A DNA stretch of 64,000 nt from an uncultured Methanosarcinaceae archaeon (lineage in GTDB: Archaea; Halobacteriota; Methanosarcinia; Methanosarcinales; Methanosarcinaceae), in the NCBI GenBank assembly GCA_963727895.1, contig CAVSHT010000007.1, positions 32,001 through 96,000 on the forward strand, in the 5' to 3' direction. Within the stretch, counting starts at the first letter, position 1; the number at the start of each line of letters is the position of its first letter. Position numbers and translations under genes: made by a program. This document shows, piece after piece, positions 1-12,609 of this stretch. The notes under the pieces were generated by a model, which saw nothing but the letters and a program-made list of their open reading frames with translations, made no database searches and had not been told where the DNA came from.

Positions 1-70
1 TTAACTCAATTTTTTACATAAATTTTGCAATTTTATACACTGTCAATACACTGAAACCTCTAATAAGTTC

Positions 71-961
71 TTATTGATTAGAAAATGCCGAAGAGGCATC
101 AACAGAAGTATTATTAAAGGATACAAGAGGCAGATAGTCAACACAATCAGCGTCTTCCAATGTATAGGGTTCATCTGCAAAACCGTCTCCATTACTATCG
201 AAATGAGTCTGCGAGAAACCGTCACCAGAAGGAGTTGCCCAGTAGTTACCGCCTATATAAGGGCCACCTACAATATTTTCCCCAATAGTTTTTGTAGTGT
301 TGAGTGTGCATCCGGTTCCTTCAGGGGTATTTATGTTTATGGTATTATTAAACAGATTATTAGTAATATTACATGCGGCATCAACAAGATATAATCCATT
401 ATCACAGTTTGTGATTCTATTTCCACTAACTGTTAGGGTCTCAAACATAAGATCAAAGGCATTATATTCCTGTTCCGCAGTTGGAAATATTATTGTCGAG
501 GATATATTCACTTCCGCTGTACATGTAAAAACCAACATCTGCACCTATACTAAAATTAGATATGTTATTATTTTGAACTGTGCAGGAAAAAGCACCGTTG
601 GTACATCCACTGCGGCTAAAGGAAAAACAGGTACCTGCTGATTTACCTGAGCCTTTATATCAAAGCCTTTTATTGTAGTATTTTTTTCATAAATATAGAA
701 AGCATTATAATCAGCATTAATTATTGCTTCATGTGGATTACTTGACATCAAGGTTAGATTTTCAGTTGAAATGTCAATGTCCCCATCGTACGTTCCAGGC
801 CCTACAATTATTGTGTCACCTGAATGCGCATTATCCACTGCGGTTTGAATCGAGTCTCCAGAGTCAACATAAATATTTTCAGCAGAAGCACTACCAATGA
901 CAGCTTGAAGTGCAATCAATACTGTTAATCCCAATAAAATCATTTTTTTTGTTTTCTGCAA
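71..961 (-). CDS. Cell-surface protein with right-handed beta-helix (NosD/CASH-like) repeats; two compensating frameshifts as sequenced
   Basis: Signal peptide, then 'SIQTAVDNAHSGDTIIVGPGTY' and the C-terminal 'GENIVGGPYIGGNYWATPSGDGFS...DSNGDGFADEPY' typical of Methanosarcina surface proteins. A third frame (~653-462) reads 'KGSGKSAGTCFSF...NNNISNFSIG...DNNISNCGTGI' and bridges ORFs 545..961 and 71..544. Confidence 0.75.
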
Positions 962-1562
962 GACAAAAACCCCGAAAGAGTTTCTAGTATCGATAAAGTT
1001 TTAGTACGATAAGTTAGTTTATTCGCGTCGATACCATCAAGAATTTAATTGACATCTAATAACTAATTTTCCAGAGTTTAATTAATTATCAAGTAATTAA
1101 TGATCAAAAACTCTCATTTTTAAACTAGATGGATTAATTAGCGAAGCTGAAGTAACTTACTAAAGAATATAAATGTTTTGAGCTGTTCAAATTATATCTT
1201 ACCATAGACTTGAATGTTTTAAGCTTTACATTGATATATAGTTTGTAGTCTTTAAGATTCACGTTAACACATTTATTGACATGTTAGGCATTTATATGGC
1301 TTAGAACCTAATTAATAATCACAATTTGAATATGCAGTGTTCAGTTACTTCAATCTCATGTTTGTTCATTGAATTCAACCTTTAAATTCCAACAATTCTT
1401 TCAGTTTGCTCATTCTTTAGTTTAATTTAGGAGATTACCGGAAGCGAGGAAGCCGATGACTATGTAAAAAATAATGGGACTGTAAGAATAAATATTTATA
1501 GTCAGTGAAAGTAGCTTATATCAATGTAAAAACGTAAAAAAACTTCACAGTGGGGGAAAAAC

Positions 1563-1970
1563 ATGAAAATTAGAGTTGTTAGCTCAAGAGAAGAAATCTT
1601 TACATTAAATCCTAATGAACGCATTGTTCACCTGGCTTTCAGGCCGTCGAACAAGGATGTATTTGGACTGGTTGAAACCTGCCCGAAGATTGATGTAATC
1701 CAGTTACCAAAATCCTACATGGGCACAATCTCAAGGTCCATAGAAATGTTCCTTGAAATGCAAAAAATTCAGCTTATCGAAGGTGATGTCTGGGGCCACA
1801 GGAAGGACATTAACGAATACTACACCGTTCCATCCTCAGTTATTGAGAGAATAAAGGAAATGAAGATCGAAGGCAAATCCAATGCAGATATTGAAGCAAA
1901 GGTTTCAAGGGAAAGCAAAATCAATCCTGAAATGGTTGCTTATATTATGAATAAGGAAACTCCTGCTTGA
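1563..1970 (+). CDS. DUF1699 family protein
   Basis: 'MKIRVVSSREEIFTLNPNERIVHLAFRPSNKD...IEGDVWGHRKD' is the recognisable Methanosarcinales DUF1699 pattern. Confidence 0.85.
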   Translation: MKIRVVSSREEIFTLNPNERIVHLAFRPSNKDVFGLVETCPKIDVIQLPKSYMGTISRSIEMFLEMQKIQLIEGDVWGHRKDINEYYTVPSSVIERIKEMKIEGKSNADIEAKVSRESKINPEMVAYIMNKETPA

Positions 1971-2420
1971 GTTCATAGCAGGATAAAATACATTTAAATT
2001 CTCTTAATGGAGATTAGAGCAGTACCCAAAACAGCAGAAAGGTTCATATCTTTAAAGGATACGTTATTACCTGATCTCCAGCTTAAGTTTTTCATTTAAC
2101 AGAAGCTCTAAAAAATTTTTTGACTTTAAACTTGCTGATATTTTTGGTCAAATCGTATTTTACTGAGAATTTCATTTTTTAGTTACAAGCTTTCATATTT
2201 TTCATATGGTTTTTCATTTTGAATCTTAATTCTTTAATTCCTGTACTTATTCAGTAAGTATCAACATATTAAAAACTTTTTTAGTGGTTATTCATCTAAT
2301 TCTCTATTATAGAGAGATTAGTCCGAATAACTTTGATTAATTCGTTTGTTGAAAATCACCGATTATCATGTAATAATAGAACATATAATAATTTTTAAGG
2401 GCTTGTAATTCTACAACTTG

Positions 2421-3098
2421 TTATTCTTCTACAAGATATCTTTTAAACCATTCTCCAGCCAGATTTGCGACTTCTTCTAACGTGCCCGGTTCTTCAAAAA
2501 GATGGGTTGCCCCGGGAACAATCTTAAGTTCTTTTTGTTCTACCTTCAATTGGTCTAATGCCCATTGATTCATCTCTATTACTTGAAAATCCTCCCCACC
2601 TACAATAAGCAGTGTTGGTGCCTTTACATCCGGCAGGGCTTTTTCAGCCAGATCGGGCCTTCCTCCTCTGGAAACGACCGCCTTTATAGCATTCGCATGC
2701 TCTTTTGCAGCTATTAGTGCGGCTGCAGCTCCCGTACTGGCACCAAAATAACCGATCTTGAGTTTTTTAGTATCAGGATTGCTTAAAAGCCAGTTTGTTA
2801 CGCTAACAAGCCGGTTTGCAAGCAGGTCAATATCAAACCTGAGGTGAGCAGTTATCATATCAATTCTTTCTTCCTCAGCTGTCAACAGATCGAATAACAG
2901 TGTTCCAAGGCCTTCTTTCTGAAGTTCCTGCGCAACATAACGATTCCGAGAGCTGTAACGACTGCTCCCGCTACCGTGTGCAAAAACAACAATTCCTTTT
3001 GCTCCCTCAGGAATTGTGAGGTTTCCTTCAAGTGTGATAGAATTAATTGGGATTTGAATTTCACTACTGCTTTTACTTTTACTTGATAATTCGCTCAT
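2421..3098 (-). CDS. Alpha/beta hydrolase (dienelactone hydrolase-like)
   Basis: 'VFAHGSGSSR', nucleophile motif 'GYFGASTGAA', 'VPGATHLFEEPG'. Start placed at ATG 3098 after GGGGG. Confidence 0.85.
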   Translation of the reverse strand: MSELSSKSKSSSEIQIPINSITLEGNLTIPEGAKGIVVFAHGSGSSRYSSRNRYVAQELQKEGLGTLLFDLLTAEEERIDMITAHLRFDIDLLANRLVSVTNWLLSNPDTKKLKIGYFGASTGAAAALIAAKEHANAIKAVVSRGGRPDLAEKALPDVKAPTLLIVGGEDFQVIEMNQWALDQLKVEQKELKIVPGATHLFEEPGTLEEVANLAGEWFKRYLVEE

Positions 3099-3163
3099 GC
3101 CAACCCCCCAAAAGGTTTTACTATTTATTGTAGATCTGCATATGAAAATGATAACTCGGATTA

Positions 3164-3819
3164 TCATCTTGCTGGAAGAGCTCTTGCTTTATCCAGAAGT
3201 TCGCAGACTTCTTTGTCACTGGTCTGACTGAAATCCTCATACCAGGCTCCAACCCCATAGAAAGGTTCAGGGGTAGCCACACATATTACTTCGTCTACCT
3301 CTCCTTCCGAAAAACTCGCATGTATCAGGTGCAGCCGTGGGAACTGCAACCACTATTTTAGCAGGGTTTTTAGTTTTAAGGGCAGCTGCAGCTGCACGCA
3401 TTGTCGCACCTGTAGCAAGCCCGTCATCTATCAAAATTACAGTCGAGCCGCGGATCTCAGGATTGGGCCTATCTCCACGATAAGTGACGTTCCCTGCGTT
3501 CAAGTTCCCTTAGCTCATTCTCAGCTACCATATCAATTACTCTTTCAGGTATCTGAAAAGACCTGACAACGTCTTCATTCAGCACACGGATATTGTCAGA
3601 GGCGATCGCTCCCATTGCCAGTTCTTCATTTCCGGGCACCCCCAGTTTCCGTACTATAAACACATCCATTTTTACATTCAGTTCCTTTGCAACTTCAAAT
3701 GCCACCGGAACCCCACCACGTGGGAGTGCAAGTATCAATACATCTGAACGGTTTGCATATTTCGAAAGTTCTTTTGCCAGCTTTCTTCCGGCATCCACTC
3801 TATCTTTAAAAAGTGCCAT
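3164..3819 (-). CDS. Phosphoribosyltransferase family protein; two frameshifts as sequenced
   Basis: Three overlapping ORFs join into 'FKDRVDAGRKLA..LALPRGGVPVA..', the PRPP motif 'VILIDDGLATGATM' and 'VGAWYEDFSQTSDKEV'. Confidence 0.85.
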
Positions 3820-4413
3820 TTGTTCCCTCAACCCCTGTCGAACTGGATTAATTGATAAGATAAGCCATGTTAATTCATAGTATCTATGTTCAAACCCTTA
3901 AACGTATAGAGTATAAAATTTAAGCTTAGAACTTTATTTACCCATTCGTCGGCGGTATAAAAATCCTCAGAAGTACCTACACTCTACTACAAATCCCAAT
4001 TTAACAAAGTTATTTAATGAAATATTATAAGAGATACAATGTAACAGAATTGTATGAATAATGACCTGATTTTGTCACAGGTAAAACTATGCATAACGTG
4101 GTTCCTTGAGAACAGTTTACTTAGGTTCTCTTCTTTTTGAGTCAAAAAATAGTAATTTCAAAAATCTTTGATAACTTTATGAATAATATATTAAATAAAC
4201 CGAGATTAAAGAGCTGATTGAAGAATTTATGAAAATAGAGGAAAGTTATGTGTCTTTAGGAATAAAGATAAATCTGAAAATTATAAATTTTTTGACTATT
4301 TTATTGATGAAAAAGAGGAATCTCGAAAAAGGTAAAACCAATAGATTTCATGGGAATACAGCAATTTCCTCTTAATGTCTTCTTTTCATCCTGTAATTTT
4401 TAGAAATCATTTT

Positions 4414-4632
4414 TTAAAGAAGAGCCCAACCACTTCCCCCACATACTCTACAAGTTCCATTTCCAAGACTTCCTGACCCATTGCAAAGAGGACAGGTTAT
4501 TGCAGGCTGGGCAACGAGTACGTCACCCTGCCCTCCGCAGGCTTCACAAATTCCCCCATTAGCGTATCCGGTTCCGTTACAAAGAGAGCATTTTTCCGGA
4601 GCGTATTCGGTATCTATGTAACTATGAAGCAT
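4414..4632 (-). CDS. Stand-alone DnaJ-type cysteine-rich zinc-finger protein
   Basis: Four CxxCxGxG motifs (CSLCNGTG, CEACGGQG, CPLCNGSG, CRVCGGSG) in 72 aa. Confidence 0.8.
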   Translation of the reverse strand: MLHSYIDTEYAPEKCSLCNGTGYANGGICEACGGQGDVLVAQPAITCPLCNGSGSLGNGTCRVCGGSGWALL

Positions 4633-4785
4633 TTTTTCACTTCCAAAAGATGATTACATTAATGTTGCCTGAAAAAATCTTTTTTATGCATATTTTCAGC
4701 TTTCTGGGTTAAAAGCTCTTTCAAAAAGATAAAAAGGAAAAGGTTATAACTTAATTGTTAGCTTCTTTTTACGGATGATATTGTC

Positions 4786-5902
4786 TTATTCTGTCAAAAG
4801 CCTTGCAAGAAGCGATTTTTTAATTTCTACTGCATTGTTGGGGCATAGTTCGCGACAGCAATAACACAAGATGCACTTATCCTCATTAATCTTAAAACTT
4901 CCGTCTTCGAGCCTTTCAACAGCATGGGGAGAGCAGTTTAAATAGCAGGCTCCGCAATGAGTACATTTTCTCCTGTTGATCCTGGGATAGATCTTATAGT
5001 ATTTACCCAAGTTGCGAGTAAGAAAGGAAGGAACTGTACTGACTCCTCCACTGGACGGTTTGAATTTCATTTTGACTTCTTTTAATGGAGTTCCCACCAC
5101 AACAGGACACTGGTTTCCAAAGCCTTTTTTTATAGCTCCTGCAGTCGTGGGAATTTTGAGGGGGTCAAAGCCTATCATTTCTGCAGCAACAATATCCAGG
5201 GAAACACAATCCTGGCTTGCCAGAATTACCCCGGAATTTACGGGTTTCCCATGAGAAGGCCCATTTCCTTCCATGCCAATAACTCCATCCATAACTGCAA
5301 AGCCGGGTCTGACAACCGAGTATACGTCGGCAACGGCTTCGCCAAAAAGGTCCCTTTTTCCAAGAAGATGCGCTTCTTTTCGGCACCTTAGAGGGAAGAG
5401 TCCCAAAAAAGTTCTTGACCGCACCTGTGTAATAGGTAAGCTCATGAGTTTTTAATTTTGGAAGGGATATTACTACATCAGCTTCAAGGACAGGGTTTGC
5501 AATGTATAGTTTGCGGAATTGCAGTGGGTCAGGGACATCTACCAGGGTAAAGCCTGCAGTTTCAAAATTTACAACCTTTGCTCCGGCCTTTCGGGCAGCT
5601 TCTTCTATACCTGAAACTTTCAGGGCTTTTGAGGTGGTTCCTGGCCTTGAGATGCCAGCTCCGTCCCCTACTACAGGTTTTCCTCCAGCCTGAAGCACGA
5701 ACTCGCACATTGACGTTACAACTGAAGGATGAGTGGTTACTGCACTTTCAGGAGGAGCGGCTGCAAGGATATTTGGTTTAAGAAGTACGCTGTCTCCTGG
5801 ATGGATTATATTCTCAAGACCTCCGAGAAGCTCCAGAGCTTCTGCTATCGCTTTTTTGTGTCTAGAATAATCAGGGCAGCGAACTATGGATACTCTATTC
5901 AC
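4786..5902 (-). CDS. DUF362 domain protein with C-terminal 2x[4Fe-4S] ferredoxin domain; frameshift near 5395 as sequenced
   Basis: 'VLLKPN', 'ISLPKLKTH..TGAVKNFFG', 'MEGNGPSHG', 'CTHCGACYLNC' and 'CILCYCCRELCP'. Confidence 0.85.
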
Positions 5903-6013
5903 GGCTGGAAAATAAATGGGTTTATTATTGAATTTCTTTCCGGTTCAAAGACATATCCTTGAGTTAATTCAGTTCAAATTTTTGATTTTCATCTTAAACT
6001 CTTATCTTATTTC

Positions 6014-6421
6014 TTATCGGTTCTTAATCCCGATCCTTAAATCGATTTCTTCAGCAATACTTTCGAGCTCATCGAAAATCCTTTCTGAGTCCTTTCTCAT
6101 TTCTTTTACCGCAGCTTTCAGGCTTCCTCCACGTAGGTATATCAGGCGTTTTTTTCTGTAAAGGAGACCTGAATCATTGAGATTCCTGAGATGATGGTTT
6201 ACTCTTGAGATTTTTATCTCAAGGTCTTCAGCAAGGGCTTCTGAGGAAGTTATTTCATCATTTGAAAGTTTGTCAAGCAGGCTAAAAACTATCTTGGTCG
6301 CGGTATTTTCCGTGTCTCTCCCTGAAGAAAAGCCAAAGCTATCACATAACCATAGAAGGTCGTCTTCTAGACTTTGTTCGTGCGGTTTTTCGAGGTATCT
6401 GAGAATTATCTGTTGAACCAT
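6014..6421 (-). CDS. Winged-helix (ArsR-like) transcriptional regulator, divergent from groES
   Basis: 'SSEALAEDLEIKISRVNHHLRNLNDSGLL' HTH pattern. Confidence 0.75.
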   Translation of the reverse strand: MVQQIILRYLEKPHEQSLEDDLLWLCDSFGFSSGRDTENTATKIVFSLLDKLSNDEITSSEALAEDLEIKISRVNHHLRNLNDSGLLYRKKRLIYLRGGSLKAAVKEMRKDSERIFDELESIAEEIDLRIGIKNR

Positions 6422-6660
6422 CAGTGTATATTTTACACTATTTTTGATATATAGTTTCTTTGCATTTTGTTGATATCATTTCGATTTTATATGAATCGTA
6501 TTTTATTTTTCCCAGCAACTCTTAAATATGAGTTCCACATTATATGCAGATAGTCAGGCGCACGAGCGTTCAATTTATTGACCAATACCCATACTGACTT
6601 ATAGACTCCCATTAATGTTTAGTTAACTAGGGTCACTTACACATAAGGAGGAACAATAGA

Positions 6661-6939
6661 GTGATAATTAGACCTATTGGCGAACGAGTTTTACTCAAGC
6701 ACCAGAAGAAAGAAGAAGTGACAAAAGGCGGGATCTATATTCCGGAGTCTGCACGGCAAGAGAAAAAGGAAGGTATTGTTATTGCTGTAGGGACTTTTGA
6801 AGATGGAAAAGATCTTCCCCTGAAAAAAGGTGACCATGTAATTTACGGAGGATATCAGTCAGATGAAATTGAACTCGACGATGAAAAATATATATTTGTC
6901 GATTTTAAAGATATCATGGCAACCGTTACGGAAGAATGA
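6661..6939 (+). CDS. groES: Co-chaperonin GroES
   Basis: 'IRPIGERVLL..TKGGIYIPESA'; GGAGG RBS and GTG start. Confidence 0.95.
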   Translation: MIIRPIGERVLLKHQKKEEVTKGGIYIPESARQEKKEGIVIAVGTFEDGKDLPLKKGDHVIYGGYQSDEIELDDEKYIFVDFKDIMATVTEE

Positions 6940-7056
6940 TTGTTAATGAGGCCGGTTCTGAAAAACATAGTATAAATAGTTATTCAAATTTAACTCCAGA
7001 AACTTAAGAATATATTCAGATTTGATTCAGAAAATATTTGATTTTAATCAAGGTGA

Positions 7057-8675
<1,619 letters not shown>

Positions 8676-8720
8676 TTTTATTTTTTCTTTTTTCTTTTTT
8701 TGCTTTTTATTTTTTTCCTG
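8676..8720 (+). terminator. Oligo-T tract after groEL (archaeal-type terminator)
   Basis: Several consecutive T5-T8 runs directly after the stop codon. Confidence 0.55.
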
Positions 8721-8938
8721 TTACCTGTTTTTATTACTGGATTGTCATTTTCATTTTATTAATTTTGTTTTTGACATTGACCTTTTTATTTTACTTATAC
8801 TTTATATATTTTTAATATCATATTTCTCAATAGTCATAGTTTTTAATTTGCAATCTTGTCTTATTACTCATCATATATCTGGCTGTAGATTTTAGTCCAA
8901 TTTACAACGGAATCTTTTACTGAAAAGGTGAAATTAGA

Positions 8939-9767
8939 ATGCTTGAAGTTTATTGTGACTCATCCTTTAATGAAGGTGAGGACTCTTATATTGGCTGTAC
9001 GGCGCTTCGGAGTGGCGAACAAATCCACCAGTCTACAACAAAGGTTCCTGGTGTTCCTCAGAGTAATCTTGAATGTGAAATTGCAGCTCTTAATTTCGCG
9101 GTAACCTTAACAGGAATTTTTTTTGACGGAGACCAAAAGTATCACAATTTATAATGATTCTACTGAAGCTGTAAAAGCGTTTCAGAAGGAAAAAACACAA
9201 ATTGAAAAGAGATTATCCAGGTTCAACATTAATTTTGAATATATACCACGCGAAAAGGTGAGCCAGGCAATTGCTGACAGTTTGTCTAAAAAATTCCCAG
9301 TATTTTTCGTAAATATTCCTACATGCGAAGTTGAATCTTTTTCCCGGAGAGAAGATATTCTATCCGATATTGCTCGAAATGGACGTAATATCTTGTATCT
9401 GGAGAAAGTTGAAGAAATATCTACAAATAAGAAAACTTGCTACAGAATGACCATCCGTACGATGGATAAAATCCTATCAAATGATCGGTTTTATCTTATA
9501 AAAAAAGGAGGTCCAGGCACACAGGTAAAAGCCGCAGAAGAAATAAGGAAAGACCTGTCCGATCCCCAGGTTCTTTCTTCGCTGGAAGCAAGAGGTGTAA
9601 AACTTAAAAATTCTTACTTCCTGCTGACGGACGAAACCTGGGGACTTAGGGGTACAGACAATCAGACATGCTCTATTCTTCCAGACACAGTCCGCCACAG
9701 AATCATTTGCGATGAAGTGGATCGATCTCCTGAAAACCTATTCAGAAGAGCTGAAACTTTCAGGTAA
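8939..9767 (+). CDS. RNase H-like fold protein with C-terminal extension; frameshift in T8 run at ~9117-9124
   Basis: 'EVYCDSS', 'SNLECEIAAL', 'ITIYNDS', 'YIPRE....ADSLS' match the RNase HI D-E-D-D spacing. Confidence 0.65.
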
Positions 9768-10047
9768 TTTATAGCTTAGACTAAAACATTGCTAGATATT
9801 TTCGATTAAACCTTTTCAAAAAAACTTGTGAAAATGCTTGCAATATTTGAATATTTATAGCATTTCAACTTCACAGAATCATTTGCGATGAAGTGGATCG
9901 ATCTCCTGAAAACCTATTCAGAAGAGCTGAAACTTTCAGGTAATTTATAGCTTAGACTAAAACATTGCTAGATATTTTCGATTAAACCTTTTCAAAAAAA
10001 CTTGTGAAAATGCTTGCAATATTTGAATATTTATAGCATTTCAACTT
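9696..10047. repeat. Perfect 176-bp tandem duplication (9696-9871 / 9872-10047)
   Basis: Direct comparison: CACAGAATCATTTGCG...CATTTCAACTT occurs twice head-to-tail. Confidence 0.95.
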
Positions 10048-10068
10048 ATATCATAGGGGTGTGAATTT

Positions 10069-10701
10069 ATGGAAAAATATCCTGAAATTGAGGTGAACTC
10101 AAATGTTCTTGATATTGATCTTTATGGGGGAAAAGAATCAAAAGAAAAGAATGAAGAACCAAAGGAGTCTGGGAAAGAGAATGTTCGGTATTCTTTCGCC
10201 CCTTCCGGTGAGAGCTGTATATCCTGTATTGAAATACCTGAGGCACAGCGAAGAATTTTTATCCTAGAAATACAGCAGGTGGCAGAAAATATACTCAAAG
10301 CTCATGGGATTATTAATGAAGCTGATGATCTCTTAAAAGGTGAGTGGTTCCTCAAGTTACAGAAACCTGAATTTGATAAGAAACTGGTTATTGCAAAATA
10401 TGGGGAAGAAATTTCCATAGGGCTTTATGCTTACGTGGATGATATACCTGTTCCGGACCCGAACCTTGTTTTGCTCTCACAAAATGGGTTATGGTATCCT
10501 CAAAGAATCGAGGAAATGTCTGAGGAAACAGTTTCTTCTTTCTTTACAGGGGCATATGGAGACTACGATTTCCTGAATGTAATTCCTGAAAATCTTGAAA
10601 AATTCCAGATTTTCCAGCGGAATTTTGCGAAACTACTTGAAAGTAAGGGATGGGATTCAAAAGATACTGAAATTCTCAAAAAAGTAATGCCAAGAGATTA
10701 A
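10069..10701 (+). CDS. Hypothetical protein
   Basis: 210-aa ORF with GGGGTG RBS; no confident family. Confidence 0.7.
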   Translation: MEKYPEIEVNSNVLDIDLYGGKESKEKNEEPKESGKENVRYSFAPSGESCISCIEIPEAQRRIFILEIQQVAENILKAHGIINEADDLLKGEWFLKLQKPEFDKKLVIAKYGEEISIGLYAYVDDIPVPDPNLVLLSQNGLWYPQRIEEMSEETVSSFFTGAYGDYDFLNVIPENLEKFQIFQRNFAKLLESKGWDSKDTEILKKVMPRD

Positions 10702-10885
10702 ACCATATTCTAAAAATGAGACCAAGAATTTTATTTTTTTCTTTCAATCTTCTCAATCCCAATTAGGTTTTTTCCCACAGAATATTTAAATATTGAAAGC
10801 GTACGCAGTTTCAAGTATAGCTTCAACGATGTTAATTGCTTTTACCCCTATCTTTTTACAATAATTGATTTTCAGAAGGTCTTTT

Positions 10886-12070
10886 ATGTTTTCGATAAAT
10901 TCCGAATGCATCCTCTCAAAAAAATCTGAAGATATCCCTCCTTTTTATGTAATGGAAGTTTTGGAAAGTGCTCAGGCTCTGGAAGCTGAGGGACGAAATA
11001 TTGTTCATCTCGAAGTAGGAGAACCTGATTTCCCTACCGCCCCTCATATATGTGAGGCCGCATGTGATGCTATTGGTAAGGGATTAACAAAATATACTCA
11101 TAGTCAGGGACTTATTTCTCTCAGAGAAGCCATAGTTGAATATTATCATCAGAAGTTTGGAGTCGATCTAAGCCCGGATCAGGTCATTGTAACATCCGGC
11201 ACAAGCCCTGCTCTTTTGATGGTTTTCATGGCTTTGCTTGAGAAAATGGATGAAGTAATAATGTCAAATCCTCACTATGCATGTTACCCTAATTTTGTTA
11301 AATATCTTGGTGGAACCCCTGTTTTTGTTTATACAAATGAAACAAATGGATTTGCCCTTGAACCTGAGACGGTAAGGCAGTGCATCACCCATAATACTAA
11401 AGCAATCCTCATCAACAGTCCTTCAAACCCTGGAGGTCATGTTATGTCTTCAGAAAACTTGCAAGGCCTTGCAGAAATTGCAGATGAAAAAGGAATTCCT
11501 ATAGTTTCGGATGAAATCTACCAAGGACTAATCTATAAAGGTCATGATCATACTATTCTGGAATATACAAAAAATGCTTTTGTCCTTAACGGTTTTTCTA
11601 AAATATACGCGATGACCGGTTGGAGACTAGGATATATTATCTGTCCTCCTGAGTGTATCCGTGCACTTCAGAAAATCCAGCAGAACTTTTTTATCTGTGC
11701 CAACTCTTTTGTTCAGGAGGCAGGAATAGCGGCTCTGAAAGGTTCACAGGAACATGTTGCTAAGATGGTTCGAACATATAATATACGCCGCCAGTATATG
11801 TTGAAAAGACTCATTGGTATGGGTCTTGATGTTCGCAAAGAACCTACAGGAGCTTTTTATGTTCTTGCAGATGCTCGCAAGTACAGCAGTGACTCATTGG
11901 AACTAAGCCGCCGCATACTTAATGAAGCCGGAGTTGCAGTTACGCCTGGTATCGATTTTGGGAACGGAGCTGAAGGTTATCTGCGTTTCTCCTATGCCAA
12001 TAGCATAGAAAATATAAAAGAAGGTATGGACAGACTGGAGATTTTTTTGGAAAAAGAACTTGAAAGCTAA
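10886..12070 (+). CDS. PLP-dependent aminotransferase class I/II
   Basis: 'LEVGEPDF', 'INSPSNPGG', 'SDEIY', 'GFSKIYAMTGWRLGY'. Confidence 0.92.
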   Translation: MFSINSECILSKKSEDIPPFYVMEVLESAQALEAEGRNIVHLEVGEPDFPTAPHICEAACDAIGKGLTKYTHSQGLISLREAIVEYYHQKFGVDLSPDQVIVTSGTSPALLMVFMALLEKMDEVIMSNPHYACYPNFVKYLGGTPVFVYTNETNGFALEPETVRQCITHNTKAILINSPSNPGGHVMSSENLQGLAEIADEKGIPIVSDEIYQGLIYKGHDHTILEYTKNAFVLNGFSKIYAMTGWRLGYIICPPECIRALQKIQQNFFICANSFVQEAGIAALKGSQEHVAKMVRTYNIRRQYMLKRLIGMGLDVRKEPTGAFYVLADARKYSSDSLELSRRILNEAGVAVTPGIDFGNGAEGYLRFSYANSIENIKEGMDRLEIFLEKELES

Positions 12071-12609
12071 AAATTACTCTATATATACATCTTGATAAAT
12101 TTTTTAGTAATGTGATAGATCCATCTTCATCTTTCTTATTTTTTCATTAGCGACTCGAACAAGGGAGTAAATTACTTTTTCTTTTTCGCGTCTCAAAATG
12201 AGAACCTCGATTACTATTGCTGAGATTTAAACTTACAATCAATAGGCATTTCCTAATAACTGTTTTGCTAATCTAAATTTTGGTGAGCTTCCATCAGTGC
12301 GCCAAAGGTTTATTATTGTCTTAAACCAGAAATTTTCAAAAAATTCCTCTTATAAAAGTGAAGAATTAAACCACTCATAGATATTTTATACGATGTGATT
12401 ATTTTAATCATTACTTTATACCTTTTAAGAATAAGTAACTCTGCAATCCCCCTCACAAGATATTATTGTTCAGGTAGTCGTATGTTTTACGCTGTTGATT
12501 TTCAGTTTAATGATGTGTTCCCCATGTGATTCGGTAACTATGCAGACGCTTAAATTTTTACTTATTAGTTAGAAAGTTGTATTTTTGATAAAAGAATGGA
12601 GCATGTAAT

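Noticed and set aside
545..547. In-frame TAG between ORFs 545..961 and 71..544, suggesting pyrrolysine read-through
   Set aside because: The TAG lies in a stretch bounded by two compensating frameshifts; a different frame encodes the proper beta-helix repeats there.
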